The notes beneath the pieces were generated by a model. The model was not told the origin of the DNA, did not search any database, and saw only the letters and a program-made list of their open reading frames with translations. Positions 1-11,623 of a stretch of DNA of 64,000 bases are shown piece after piece. Each line of letters starts with the position of its first letter. Position 1 is the first letter of the stretch. Source of the stretch: Eledone cirrhosa (lineage: Eukaryota); NCBI GenBank assembly GCA_964016885.1, contig OZ024743.1:85374001-85438000 (forward strand), in the 5' to 3' direction. Made by a program: the position numbers and the translations under genes.

Positions 1-185
1 AGGAGTACAAAAATAGAGACAGGATCACAAAGGATAGATACAGAGAATAAAAGGTAGTTTGAGGTAAAAAAAAATGAACATAATGAGAGTAGACAACACA
101 AACCATTAGGTAGTCTTGGTAATGATTTTGGAACACAAAGTGAATATATATATCTAGTATATATTCACAAGTTATATATGTATAA

Positions 186-772
186 CTAGACCACACGTGA
201 CCGTTGGGTGACGTTCACTTCAAAATATCTTTTAAAAATCATGTTCACTTTAAAATAATTCTTAAATAATTAAAATATACACAGACATGTATATAATGTG
301 AAATGAAACTGGAAGGCCCATATATATACGTGTGTGTATGTATATATATAAATGTGTGTGTGCGTGTATACATATATATGTATGTGTATATATATACATG
401 TGGGTGTCTGTGATCTATATACACTGGTCATAGACACACACACACATATACACTCACATAGATATATACAACACCACCAGCTCTCTTCCATTCTCCTTCT
501 CTGTCTCCTCTCCCTCTCTCTATGTCTCTCTTTCAATCTGCTCTCTCATAACCACTATCTCTTTCTCTCTATCCTTCTCTCTCTCTATTTATAAAGGTAC
601 CCAGAGAACCCCATATCTCGGGAAACCATGCTTCAATTATGCAAAACTTGTTTTATTCCAATTATATTCCCATTTCAGGGGCAACTTCCTTTCAAAGTAT
701 TTTCCCATTATGCACTCTTTTTGCTGTATTACATTACAGGCAAGCAAGCAATCACAGAGTTTTAGTAGTATA
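186..772 (-). mobile_element. Non-autonomous Helitron-like element
   Basis: On the minus strand it ends in a small imperfect hairpin plus GGTCTAG followed by T at 186. It starts with TATACTACTAAAACTCTGTGATTGCT near 772. Internal microsatellites. Confidence 0.6.
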
Positions 773-831
773 CTAGACCACCCATGATCGTTGGGTCACA
801 GAGCAATCACAGAGTTTTAGTATTATATAGA
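773..831 (-). mobile_element. 59-bp mini-Helitron (5' and 3' termini only)
   Basis: Minus strand reads A|TCTATATAATACTAAAACTCTGTGATTGCTCTGTGACCCAACGATCATGGGTGGTCTAG|T: TC start, ACCCA/TGGGT hairpin, CTAG end, AT target. Confidence 0.6.
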
Positions 832-916
832 TATCGCAATATATTACATATATCACAATGGTATATATTTGACAGATAAATGAAGACATCAAAGTGTGAG
901 TGTTGTAACAACTTAC

Positions 917-998
917 CTCTAGATCAAGTGTTGACTTATACTGATGACTCCATCGGGGCACAATGTAGGGTAGAACACTGTCTAATAGGGAGATGAAT
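917..998 (-). CDS. HECTD3: HECTD3-like exon (FISLLDSVLPYIVPRWSHQYKSTLDLE)
   Basis: Acceptor TTTTAG and donor GAG|GTAAGT; 82 nt, phase 2 to 0. Resembles HECTD3 FIxxLDSVLxxxVPxW. Confidence 0.92.
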
Positions 999-1459
999 CT
1001 AAAATATAAAAAGTAGGGGTGAGATAATATAGAGAGGGGACATCAAAGTACAAGGGAGTGGCTGTGTCTAATAGAGATATGAACCTGAAATATAAGCAGT
1101 AGGGTGAGATAAGATCAGGATACAATGTAGGGTGGGATAGTCTGTGGGGGAAGTGGATGTGTGTGATAGGGGAAGTTTATGGTAGGAACATCAGGTTAAA
1201 GTGTGTGATGGGACTAAATGTGGTGAGGCAGTGTGTGGTGTGACTGGAGTTTCTACCAACAACTTTTCTATAAATTGAGCAAAGCCATCACCCAGGTGGT
1301 ACCATGACCCTTCCCTATTTCCTACATACCAAGAATTTGGTCTTTGCTAAGTTTACTCTAAGGTCTTTCAACCTGTGTGTTTGGGTAAACAATTTCTACT
1401 TTCACCCTTATATAGGATCTGCTGAAATTATTACTACTATATATGTATAGATACTGATG

Positions 1460-1978
1460 GTAGTACTAACATAACATTCTGCACAATAGGTGTATATATA
1501 CACAATAGGGGTGTATATGAAAACATATATGATATGTTTATGTTAAATAAACACTTGAGAGCCTTGCTACGAAAGAAAAAACATTTTTTGCTATAAAAAT
1601 ATAATTACAGCCATCTGAGAGAATGGTAGACAGCTGTTTCAAGATTTGTTAATCTCTCATCAGTAAGACTCATTCACCTGGTACTGAAATGAAAACAGAA
1701 TAAAGCCTATGTAGATTTTGCATATTGAACATTTGCTGGAAATGCTCATTTGCAAATAGCAAATAAAAAAACCTGGCTGATAATGTTCATTTGCATATAG
1801 TAAATAAAAAGCTTGGGCTGATAATGCTCATTTGCATATAGTGTGAACTTAGCTGATTATAATTAATTAGCAGTAGCACTAACATAACGTTGTTCACAAT
1901 AGGGTGTATATGAAAACATATATGATATGTTTATGTATAATAAAACGAGAGCCTCACTATGAAAGAAAAACATTTTTT
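1460..1978. repeat. Local ~120-bp direct duplication flanking a repeat-derived insert with 3x (gataatgctcatttgcatatag)
   Basis: agtagtactaacataac...gaaaacatatatgatatgtttatgt...gaaagaaaaa occurs at ~1462-1590 and again at ~1873-1978. Confidence 0.7.
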
Positions 1979-2593
1979 CCTTATGAACATTTTTTTTCTC
2001 TTTTTTTTGTATTATGAAAATCTCCAGTCATAAAACACCTGCCAAACAAACGGTTGAGAGGACTCTTTAGCTGTGTCTAAGACATGACAACCTTCCTAGA
2101 GCTGATACCAGGATAAAATGCACTCAGTAAAATGCAGGGTCATATGTAAATGAAATGCGGTAAAATTGTCAGGTGTGCCCAGCCTACTGTGTAAATTGGT
2201 CGTGTAGGTGTCACAACAAAAAGCACCCAACCCACATTGTAAAGTGGCCATGTTAATGACATGACAAAAGCACTCAGTCCACACTGAAAGTGGTCGTGTA
2301 GGTGTCACATCAAAAAGCACTCAGTACACACTGTAAAAGTGATTGGCATTAGGAAGGACATCCAGCTGTAGAAACCAAGCCCAAATCATTTCTGTATGAG
2401 CAAGATATGGTCATCTGATCTGGCATTTCTCACAAGACAACTCATCTAACTCATGCTGGTGGGGAAAAATGGACAAACAGTGATGATGATGAATGTTATG
2501 TAACACAACCCAGAGAATTAATGGTGCTGTCAGAAGAACACAGGACCTACTTCTATCAAACAACAAGTTCTGATGAGTTAAAAAGAAGCTGAC

Positions 2594-2759
2594 CTTTGTA
2601 AAGCAATAGATCTGTAGTACAACTCATCAGCAGTATAGGCTTCAAGACGAGGATAACGGAAAAGCTTCCGCTCACAGAAAAAATCTCGATCAAATCCCAG
2701 AGTACGTTCCTTAGAAGACTGGATTTTAAGGCCTCTCACCCGTACATCTAAACCATCAA
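2594..2759 (-). CDS. HECTD3: HECTD3-like exon, DOC domain end (DGLDVRVRGLKIQSSKERTLG...RYPRLE...LYYRSIALQ)
   Basis: Long polypyrimidine tract with TTTCAG acceptor and AG|GTCAG donor; 166 nt, phase 1 to 2. DGxDVRxRGxKI and RYPRLE motifs. Confidence 0.95.
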
Positions 2760-2977
2760 CTGAAAGAGAAAGAGAGAGAGTCAGTTAATTAGTAGATACA
2801 GAACTAACTTTATTACTGTGCTCTATATATCTTTGACAGAAACAGACTGATCACAACGACATTTGAGCAATGCCCAGTAGGTTGCAGGACTAGGTAAAAA
2901 ATAACAGATGAAAAAAATGTCATGAAAAACTGAAGTCATAGCTGCTGCTCAAAGAATGAAATGAAAATGGAACACAC

Positions 2978-3225
2978 CTTAGCTGAGCAGTGACAACACA
3001 CCTCTGGCCCTCCCTCAGAAGTCTGTTAGTCAATGTCATTTTAGCTGGGCAGTAAAAACATGGCTCTGGCCCTCAGCAGTCTGTTTGTTAGTGTTGCTTT
3101 AGCTGAGCAACAAAAACCCACCTCTAGCCCTCAGCAGTCTGTTAGCTAGTATTGCTTTAGTTGAGCAACAAAAACCCACCTCTGGTCCTCAGCAGTCTGT
3201 TAGTCAGTGTTGCCTTAGCTGATCA
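2978..3225. repeat. Degenerate ~58-60-bp minisatellite, ~4.5 copies
   Basis: Recurrent ttagctgagcaac...cacctct(g/a)gccctcagcagtctgttag. Confidence 0.8.
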
Positions 3226-4686
3226 ATGAAATAATGCTTCTAGCATGTTTTGGGGGTGGTGAAGGAGCGAAAAAATGACAACTCTACGAGTCCTCAATCA
3301 CCCAATGAGATATTTCTGTGGTTCTTTTTTCCAGCTGTCATCCTTCAGACAACATACATGTCCATACCATCACAGTCTTGCTCACTACATCAGATTTCAC
3401 CCATACAGAGTCTCTCAGCTCATCCACACCACACATCCACCGCAACATACTTGTTTTACCTACCTTCAGCCCTCTCAGTCAAAACCCTGTGCCTTACTGC
3501 TAAGCAGAATCATGACTCACACAAAGGCATCAAACACCTGACACCCTACTCCAAGAGAAAAGCTCCCCATTGTCACTTCAGCCCATTTTCACTCCAGTTA
3601 CCAGGCTTTCAGAGCACACATTGCTGACTAGGTTACCCAAGCAACAAAATCCGTCAATCATCTCTAGGGAGCCTCCTGGGCAATTGAAGATATCTATTTC
3701 ACGTATACTCCTAGTGCTTACTTCTGTGCATTCCAAGATGTATGTGTCATTATACAAAACACTGTTACATACAGCCCTACAAGCTTATGCACACACATGC
3801 ATAAGCACATTCACATACACAGACTAATAACCACATAAACTCACCCAAACACACATGCACACATAAAGGATTCAGACACACACATATATATCTATTTCTA
3901 TTAATTCATGAAGAATTTTGAAGGATTTACTAAAATAATTAATTATTACATTACTAAGATAGTAACTTAACAAATGGTTCATCAATATCACCATCATCAC
4001 CATTTAACGGCCATTTCTCCACGCTAACATGGGTTAGATGAGTTGTCCTGTTGTGAGACAAGTTAGATCAGATGACCATGTCTTACTCATACAAAACTGT
4101 TTGGGGCTTGGTTTCTATGGCTGGATGCCCTTCCTAACAGTAACCACATTTACAGTGTGGACTGGGTACTTTTTATTGTGGCACCAAAATAACCACTTTA
4201 CATGGTAGACTGGGTGTTTTCTGTTGTGCCACCAACACAACCACTTTACAGTGTGGACTGGGTGCTTTTTTGTCATGTCACCTACTCAACCAGTTTACAG
4301 TATGGACTAGGCACTTTTTTGTCGTGTCACCAACAAAAAAAAGCACCCAGTCCACTCTGTAAAGTTGTCATGTTCTTATACAAAATTATTTTGGAAGATT
4401 TAAATTTAAACAAGAACATTTTGAAACGAGTGATTTTGTTCATAGAACCAAATCTGGTTTTGGATGAATTGATATAGTAACTTAACATATGGTTCTTATA
4501 TAAAATTATGTTAGAATATTTTAACTTAAATAGGAACCCTTCAAAATTGGTGGTTTTGTTTCATAGAAACAGGGTCAATTTCAGACAGGTTGCTTTCAAA
4601 AGGGTTAATCATAAGAACAGATTTAAACAAGGTGAGACATTAAGACTGGTGACTATTGGTAATACTATTGTGGTGTTAGTTCTTAC

Positions 4687-4769
4687 CTTGCTTCAGTTTA
4701 ATCATAATAACAGAGTAATGTTGTCTCATTCCTTCTAAAACACAGATGTCTTTTATATTGTTGACAGGT
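4687..4769 (-). CDS. HECTD3: HECTD3-like exon, DOC domain (PVNNIKDICVLEGMRQHYSVIMIKLKQ)
   Basis: Acceptor ATTACAG and donor G|GTAAGA; 83 nt, phase 2 to 1, exactly the phases required. DICVLExM resembles HECTD3 DVCVLEDM. Confidence 0.92.
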
Positions 4770-4966
4770 CTGTAATGATATAAACAACAACAGTAAGTAA
4801 TGATACAATAATGGTTTCTGATTTAGGCACAAGGCCAACAACTTTGGAGAGAGGAAAGTTGATTTAATAGACCCCAGTGTATTATTGGTACTTTATTTTA
4901 TCAACCCCCATAAGGATGAGAGGCAAAGCTAACCTCAGTGAGATTTGAACTCAGAACGCAAAGGGT

Positions 4967-5414
4967 TTTAGTGTTCTGCCAGACCCAGGGTTATTTACTC
5001 GAGTAAATGTCACCGGAATCTAACTACTAAATTTTATAAAGAAAAGGATAAGATATTTTTACAACACCATGTCGAATGAGAGTTAATTCCCATTACAAAG
5101 GTAATGATAAAACGTAAGCAGTTTCTCGAATCGGGTATCGAATATAAGTCTTCATTTTATTGTAGTTCCATGTTATAATTGTTGTAAACAAATATTCTTG
5201 TACATAATTAGGTATAGTCCAGATCCATGATAGGTGGTTAGAGAAAAGTTAACATGCTTGTCTTCAGTGTTGTCAGTTCGAAGGAAGGCGCCAAAAGAGA
5301 GAGAGCTTGACTGCGTTGCCGCTATTTATATCCTCTTTCCGGAAGTTACAAAGATGGTTCTAGACTTTCGACGGGAAGTAACTCTAGCTACTTCCCTGTC
5401 TAGAGAGCGCTACA
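4967..5414 (-). repeat. 3' LTR (448 bp)
   Basis: Differs from the 5' LTR by a 17-bp indel near 5205-5221 and about 7 substitutions (hand count). Confidence 0.93.
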
Positions 5415-5417
5415 AGT

Positions 5418-5427
5418 CTCCCCTCTC
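5418..5427 (-). promoter_or_regulatory. Polypurine tract
   Basis: GAGAGGGGAG sits 3 nt before the 3' LTR on the minus strand. Confidence 0.85.
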
Positions 5428-5775
5428 AGACGAGAAGTCGAATGACCAAATGAAATCATTGTAGCGAGAACATGAGGAGCAAAACAAAAGGTACAAGAAC
5501 ATGAATGATTAAAACATGAGCAAGCAAATAGCAAAATGAGCATAAAACAAGTAATGCATTTTTACAAAGAATGTTTGAATGTAACGAATGATAAATCATA
5601 GTCATACAAAGGAGCAGAGAATATTGATGCTCAATGGTAAAATCAATGTTTTTCAAAGTCAAATAGTTCATACAGACTTTTCTGACACTAGTTCTATCTG
5701 AAAACTGAAAAAGAAGAGGTATGTTAATGCATGGGGTTTAAATGTATATTGTTTTTGAGAGTTTTCGTGGCCATT

Positions 5776-8094
5776 TTACCGTCCTTCAGGCCACCGAGAG
5801 AAACGATCAATACAAGTCAATATGTATGTGAATCCACGACTAACGGACCATGGACCAACAATATCCATGTGTATATGACGGAAACGTGCGTCTGGCGGAC
5901 TGAATTTTCCAAGAGGAGCGCGGACATGCTGATGAATCGTAGAGCGCTGACACTCCAAACAAGAACGTGCCCAACCGGTGATTAAACGACGCATATTAAG
6001 CCAGAAGAATCGAGCCGTAATAAGCTTCACCGTGGCAGCTATGCCAGGATGTGACAAGGAATGAAGTGCATCAAAAACGATACGTTGATGACAATCTGGA
6101 ACAAGTGGTCTGGGTGAGCCAGTAGAAACATCGCAGAGAATTTTCCCTTCAGAAGATGGAAGAGGTAAATATTCCAATTTGCAGCAGTAGAACTGGTCAG
6201 AGGAAATGTCCAGCGAATCCAAAGTAGGTTGGTCAGTTGCAATGGCAACTAAATCAATATGTGCAGGAGACATAAAAGAACACACAGAAAGTCGAGATAG
6301 TGCGTCCGCAGGTATGTTGGAAGTTCCAGCTATGTGGCGAATGTCACTGGTATACTGAGATCCAGATGCCTATACGCTCTCAGAGAGTACTTGCCGGACT
6401 TGGATTGTAAAGCAAAGTTAACGGTTTGTGGTCCGTGAATATCGTGAACTCCCGCTCCTCCAAAGGGTGGTGGAAGTTCTTCACAAAAGTTCTCTGTCAA
6501 AGGTGCTATATCTCTGTTCTGCTGGTTTTAATTGTCGAGAGAAAAATGCCAATGGTTGAACTTGGTGATCGATTACATAATGCAAAACTGCACCAATAGC
6601 ATGATCAGATGCATCAACAGATAAGGAAAGTCTCGCATTTGCAACAGGATGGGCAAGGAAGGAAACTTTAACTAGCTCAGACTTGACGGATTTAAAAGAC
6701 TGCAATGCATCAGCAGAAAGTGAAATTTTTTCATCTTTCTTTTTTGCAGCCCTTAAAAACTGTGTCAAGGGGAATAACTTGTCCGCACAGTTAGGAATAA
6801 AGCGACGATAAAGTTAATTAATCCCAAGAAATGGCGTAATTGTTTCAAGGATGTTGGTGGTGCTAATTGCTGAATCACCTCTACTTTAGCTGGCAAAGGA
6901 TGAATGCCTTCTGAATCTATAAGGTGTCCAAGGAATTCCAGTGAATCTGCACCAAACACACATTTAGCTGGGTTGATTCTGACTTGGTACGATTGGAGAT
7001 GTTGAAATAACTGAGATAGATGTTGATGATGGTGTTCATCCGAATCACTGGCTATCAGGAGATCATCAACGTAAGCAAACACGAAATCCAATCCATGCGT
7101 GATTTCATCGATAAAACGCTGGAACGTATAGAAGCATTCCGCAAACCAAAAGGCATGGATAGGAATTCAAACGAACCAAAAGGGGTGGTCTCAGCTGTTT
7201 TTGGTATGTCTTCCGGATGCATGGGTATTTGATGGTAAGCGCGTACCAGATCTATTTTAGAAAATATCTTGCATCCATGCAGAGCGGATGAAAAATCCTG
7301 TAAATTTGGTAGAAGATCAGGTGTTGTGATAGCGTTAAGTCATCAATAATCACCCACAGGTCTAAAATCCGCTTCACCCTTACGAGCCAAATAAAGCGGG
7401 GATGCCCATGGGCTGGTGGACGGTCGTATAAGACCAAGCTGAAGCATGTGATCGAACTCATCCCTGGCTATTTTTAGCCTGTCTGGAGCCAGCCTACGTG
7501 GCCGAGAAAAAACAAGCGGAGCAGTTGTTGTAATAAAGTTGAGTGGATTACTTGGTTCAGTTTAAATGAAATGTCAGTTAACTCGGGAAATGAGGCAAGA
7601 AGAGAATGAAGCTGGTTTCCAGAGACAGCTATGAAACACGCGGGACTTATGGTGGCAACAGTAGAACCACGAGCAGGCGTAGATAAAGATGTGGTGCCAT
7701 CCACAAGTTTCTGTTTCCTGACATCTACTAACAGTGAGTAGTGGTATAAAAAATCCACACCGAGAATAGGGTGGGGTAGGTCCGCTACAACGAAAATCCA
7801 TTTGAAATTCTGACGCAAAGCTAAGTCCAATGATAGAGATATTTGTCCATAAGTTTTTATAGGAGACTGGTTTACTGCATACAAGGAAATACCGGAAAAA
7901 TTTGGCTTGGTACAGCTGAAATGAAGGGGCCAAATACTGCAGCTAGATCCTGTGTCGACCATAAACGATTTGTTTGAAATTCGATCTTTTATGAAAAAGG
8001 CACGATAAGGAGAATTAATGGGGGAGAGATCTGTCGTGCCCAGACTTTCCAGATTTAGTTTTCCGAAGTCTCGAAAGAGCAGGGTTGAATACAA
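5776..8094 (-). pseudogene. Gypsy pol (protease, RT, RNase H, truncated integrase), disrupted
   Basis: Protease VDTGS and ILGVDFL; [10 protein letters not shown]; RNase H VDASDHAIGAVL and YSTFDRELL; integrase HSLSHPG...CLEC and DIVGP...DRFSRWPE followed by a stop. Multiple frameshifts. Confidence 0.93.
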
Positions 8095-8870
8095 TGATTC
8101 GCCTTTTCACGAAAATGCACAAGATACCAACATAAAGACGAGTTGTTGGCGGGGGTTTTGGCGCGACGATGAAAAGAAGGAGAACGACTTCGTGGATGCC
8201 ATCTGGAATGTGTTCGTTCCCGACACAGTTTAGTCACTTGACGTGTTAGCGTGTCAATGGCTCTCAATATAGAGTCCTCACGAGGTGGAACAGGCTGTGC
8301 TTTAAAAGTAGAAGAAGCAATGTGTGGATCTGCCGAAGTGGGTACTCGAAAAAATTCCATTATGCGGTCCGCTGAGGCTGCAATTTGGTCCAGAGAACTG
8401 GTGTCGACTATATTTGCCAGTATGGTCTGCACATTTGTTGGCAAACGGGAGAAGAAGAATTGTTTTATGAAAGAGTTGTCCTCTGCTGTTGAGTCGCTCA
8501 GTTCCCGGATGCGCTGTAAAAACTGGGACGGGGTTCAATCTCCCAGGTTTTCCTCCTCCAACAAAGAACGAAATTTGCTCTCAGACGAACGGCTGTTCTG
8601 TCTGAGCACTTCTGCCTTAAGGGTCTCGTAAGTGACGCCTTGTGGGGGATCTGTGATGATATCCTTTACTGACACGGCGAGCGAGGCAGGGATTCCACTT
8701 ATGAGCACGTGTAACCTTTGTTGTGCCGCTTGGACGCCATGGGCAACAAAATACGAATCTAGTTGTGCGAACCACAACTCTGCATCACCTGAATACGTTG
8801 GTAGCAAAGAATTGCTCATCATGAATGTAGTAGCCGCTGGGTGAAATGTTTTCTTTTTTAACTGCCGCAC
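8055..8870 (-). pseudogene. Gypsy gag, frameshifted
   Basis: LPTYSGDAELWFAQLDSYF, YETLKAEVL, LxxEENLGD, LPTNVQTILA and a degenerate CWYxxxF...C..PCSF knuckle, split across frames. Confidence 0.88.
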
Positions 8871-9114
8871 ATGTGGTTTAACTTCCGTGAATCAGCCAAT
8901 GACAACACATTTGAAAGAAAATTAGTTGTATTTTCAAAAATATATGCACACGTGGTGGTAACATGAATAGCTGAAGTGATGTAACACGGAGGAAGTAAAA
9001 TGGCGAATACAAAACGAAGGCTTTGTTGAAAATGAAGACACGAGGTGCAACATTTTTTTTTTTTTCTATGTGTATCCGGAAATTATCATTTTTTTTTTTT
9101 GTTGGTGTTTCTTT

Positions 9115-9128
9115 ACGTCAGGTCACCA
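9115..9128 (-). promoter_or_regulatory. Primer-binding site, probably tRNA-Trp
   Basis: TGGTGACCTGACGT lies 1 nt inside the 5' LTR and resembles the complement of the tRNA-Trp 3' end (TGGTGACCCCGACGT). Confidence 0.75.
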
Positions 9129-9129
9129 T

Positions 9130-9560
9130 TTTAGTGTTCTGTCAGACCCAGGGTTATTTACTCGAGCAAATGTCACCGGAATCTAACTACTAAATTTTAT
9201 AAAGAAAAGGATAAGATATTTTTACAACACCATGTCGAATGAGAGTTAATTCCCATTACAAAGGTAATGATAAAACGTAAGCAGTTTCTCGGATCGGGTA
9301 TCGAATATAAGTCTTCATTTTATTGTAGTTCCATGTTATAATTGTTGTAAACAAATATTCTCGTACAGATCCATGATAGGTGGTTAGAGAAAAGTTAACA
9401 TGCTTGTCTTCAGTGTTGTCAGTTCGAAGGAAGGCACCAAAAGAGAGAGAGCTTGACTGCGTTGCCGCTATTTATATCCTCTTTCCGGAAGTTATAAAGA
9501 GGGTTCTAGACTTTCGACGGGAAGTAACTCTAGCTACTTCCCTGTCTAGAGAGCGCTACA
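9130..9560 (-). repeat. 5' LTR (431 bp)
   Basis: Direct repeat of 4967-5414. Minus strand begins TGTAGCG and contains TATAAAT and AATAAA. Confidence 0.93.
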
Positions 9561-9960
9561 GGGTCGTAACACTATGTCACGAAGCAGGGTGTCTGACGCT
9601 CTACCGATATTGCCAACACCCCAACCCTTATAATAATAATAAAACAGTAAGAACAGCTCTGTAATGACACAACAAAAACATGTTCTGTTTAAATTGCTGC
9701 AAGTCCTCACCTCTTGATATGAACAGAGGAAGATTTGAAAATGAAATGTAATGTGAATCTAGTAATGTGATGAATGGAAAGCAGAGCAGGTGATAGAGGA
9801 AATAACCTCTCTACTGTTGGTGATCTACACACAGCACACGCTGTACATTGCTTGGTGATAGGAAGGGCATCCAGCTGCAGTAAAGTTTACTAAAGAAAGA
9901 GTTAGAAGAACTCTTCAGCTATGACAAAGATACAACCTTCTTAGTTTTGGTGATCATCAT

Positions 9961-10107
9961 CAGTGCCAGATTTACCATTGTACTAAGGTGTGCATAGGGT
10001 CCCGTTGATGGGGCATCTTCCTGTGTAGGCCTACCTCCTACAGAGCCCAAGTAAGGGGCCTCATAACTTAACTAGCATAGGGCCTCATTTGTCCAAATCT
10101 GGCACTG
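9961..10107. mobile_element. hAT-like MITE (147 bp)
   Basis: Perfect 13-bp TIR cagtgccagattt/aaatctggcactg; 8-bp flanks atcatcat/ataatcat (7 of 8 match). Confidence 0.8.
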
Positions 10108-10373
10108 ATAATCATCATCATTTAACCTATACAATAAATGTATGGAATATATTCTGTAAAGAGGTTAATGATAAGGAGGGCATCTCGCTGAAGAAAACTT
10201 GCCAAATATGTGTCAGGAAGAATTTTCAGCTGTGTTAAAGACATAGCAACTTCTCTAGGGCTGGATACCATGGTAAAATGCACATGGTAGAGCATGGGAA
10301 AATGCCTAAGCAAGATGCAGGCACCTCTGCTTGAGTATTGACTGTCCAACCTTTGCTAGCAGAGAAGATAATG

Positions 10374-10412
<39 letters not shown>

Positions 10413-10429
10413 GTGGGGAAAAAACTCAC

Positions 10430-10543
10430 CTTTCTAAAGTGACTATATTTAAATCTTTTGTATTGAATTCATCACCTCCACACACTATCACTTTTGATGG
10501 AAGATAAATGTTGTCAGCGCCAGACAAAGTTAAGGATAATTCT
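10430..10543 (-). CDS. HECTD3: HECTD3-like exon, DOC domain (ELSLTLSGADNIYLPSKVIVCGGDEFNTKDLNIVTLE)
   Basis: Acceptor TTTTTCAG and donor AG|GTGAGT; 114 nt, phase 2 to 2. Matches the DOC motif D..Y/F.P..V.V.GG. Confidence 0.93.
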
Positions 10544-10737
10544 CTGAAAAATAAAATAGATGTTAAATGACGATGATGATCATCACTATCATCCTGATCA
10601 TCATCATTGTCACACACACACACACACACACACAATGTTTCTGAGGATAGACAGCAGAATAGATGTACTTTTTATCTCTGAAACAATGGATTAATTAACC
10701 ACTTCATCTTGTTTTTCTTATTCTTTCATTGTTTAAC

Positions 10738-10788
<51 letters not shown>

Positions 10789-11157
10789 TCTTATTCTTCA
10801 TATGCTTCTTTTGTCTCTGTTATCTTATATAAATGTTGATACTTGTTTATCTAGCCCCTCCCATATTATGTATCCTCCTAATATTCTTGTGACAAAGTTT
10901 TGATATATTTGTGTTTGACCTTCGTTATCTACTCCGATGATTTCGGCCTTGTGCTAGGATGAAACGATCGTAAGTGATTAAATGTTTTTAAACACGCTTT
11001 GATTATCATTTACATTGTATATATATATATATACACACATATCACCCTGTGATAAACAGGGAAAACTCCACAATAACAAGACTCACTATTCAGCCTTAAT
11101 GATATGAATATTAAAATTCTACTTAAGTATTGAGTACTCTTTTCTATCAGCCATCAA

Positions 11158-11218
<61 letters not shown>

Positions 11219-11289
11219 ATTCAAGAATAAACAAGGCAAATACAGAGATGCAAAAACACAAAGTCTTATTAGTTTCATGCTTGTGAAGA

Positions 11290-11575
11290 AGTAGATGAAT
11301 GTTTCAACATGTCAGACATAAGTCCTTCAGGAAATAGCAAAGTTCAAAGAGAGAGAGAAGGTTAGAAAAAACAAAGGTTGGAAGTTTGAAAAAAAAACTT
11401 AAGAAGGGTGAGGAGAGTAGGTGAATAGTTGGCATGCTGGCTTGGAGTGCCAAGGTGGAGAGCCCAGGTGTGTTATGGGTGCTGTTCACTAGTCGATGAC
11501 CAGTTTGTCCAATGTAGATGTCCTTACATAGTGCGCAACACACACACATTAACAGTTGTTGACTCAAAAAAATAT
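11290..11575 (-). mobile_element. Penelope-like element remnant (GIY-YIG endonuclease)
   Basis: CxxCKDIYIGQTGHRL motif in ORF 11304..11567. Confidence 0.6.
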
Positions 11576-11623
11576 AATTACAGTGGTGTAATATCTAAGT
11601 GGTTCTTTAGTTTGGCATGACTG

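Larger units (their letters stand above)
4967..9560 (-). mobile_element. Ty3/Gypsy LTR retrotransposon, decayed and internally deleted (~4.6 kb)
   Basis: Two near-identical LTRs; 4-bp TSD gggt (4963-4966 and 9561-9564); PBS; PPT; domain order gag-PR-RT-RNaseH-IN on the minus strand. The flanks rejoin into one SINE-like sequence. Confidence 0.95.

Noticed and set aside
270-594. Short ORFs rich in Y/I/H/T/C/V
   Set aside because: Translations of (TA)n, (CA)n and (CT)n microsatellites.
5456-5671. env-like third ORF of the Gypsy element
   Set aside because: Only 71 aa, AT-rich, with no signal peptide, furin site or other recognisable motif.
5234-9664. Paralogous small genes MVREKLTCLSS... (5234..5464 and 9380..9664)
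   Set aside because: Both lie in the two LTRs and are antisense chance ORFs.
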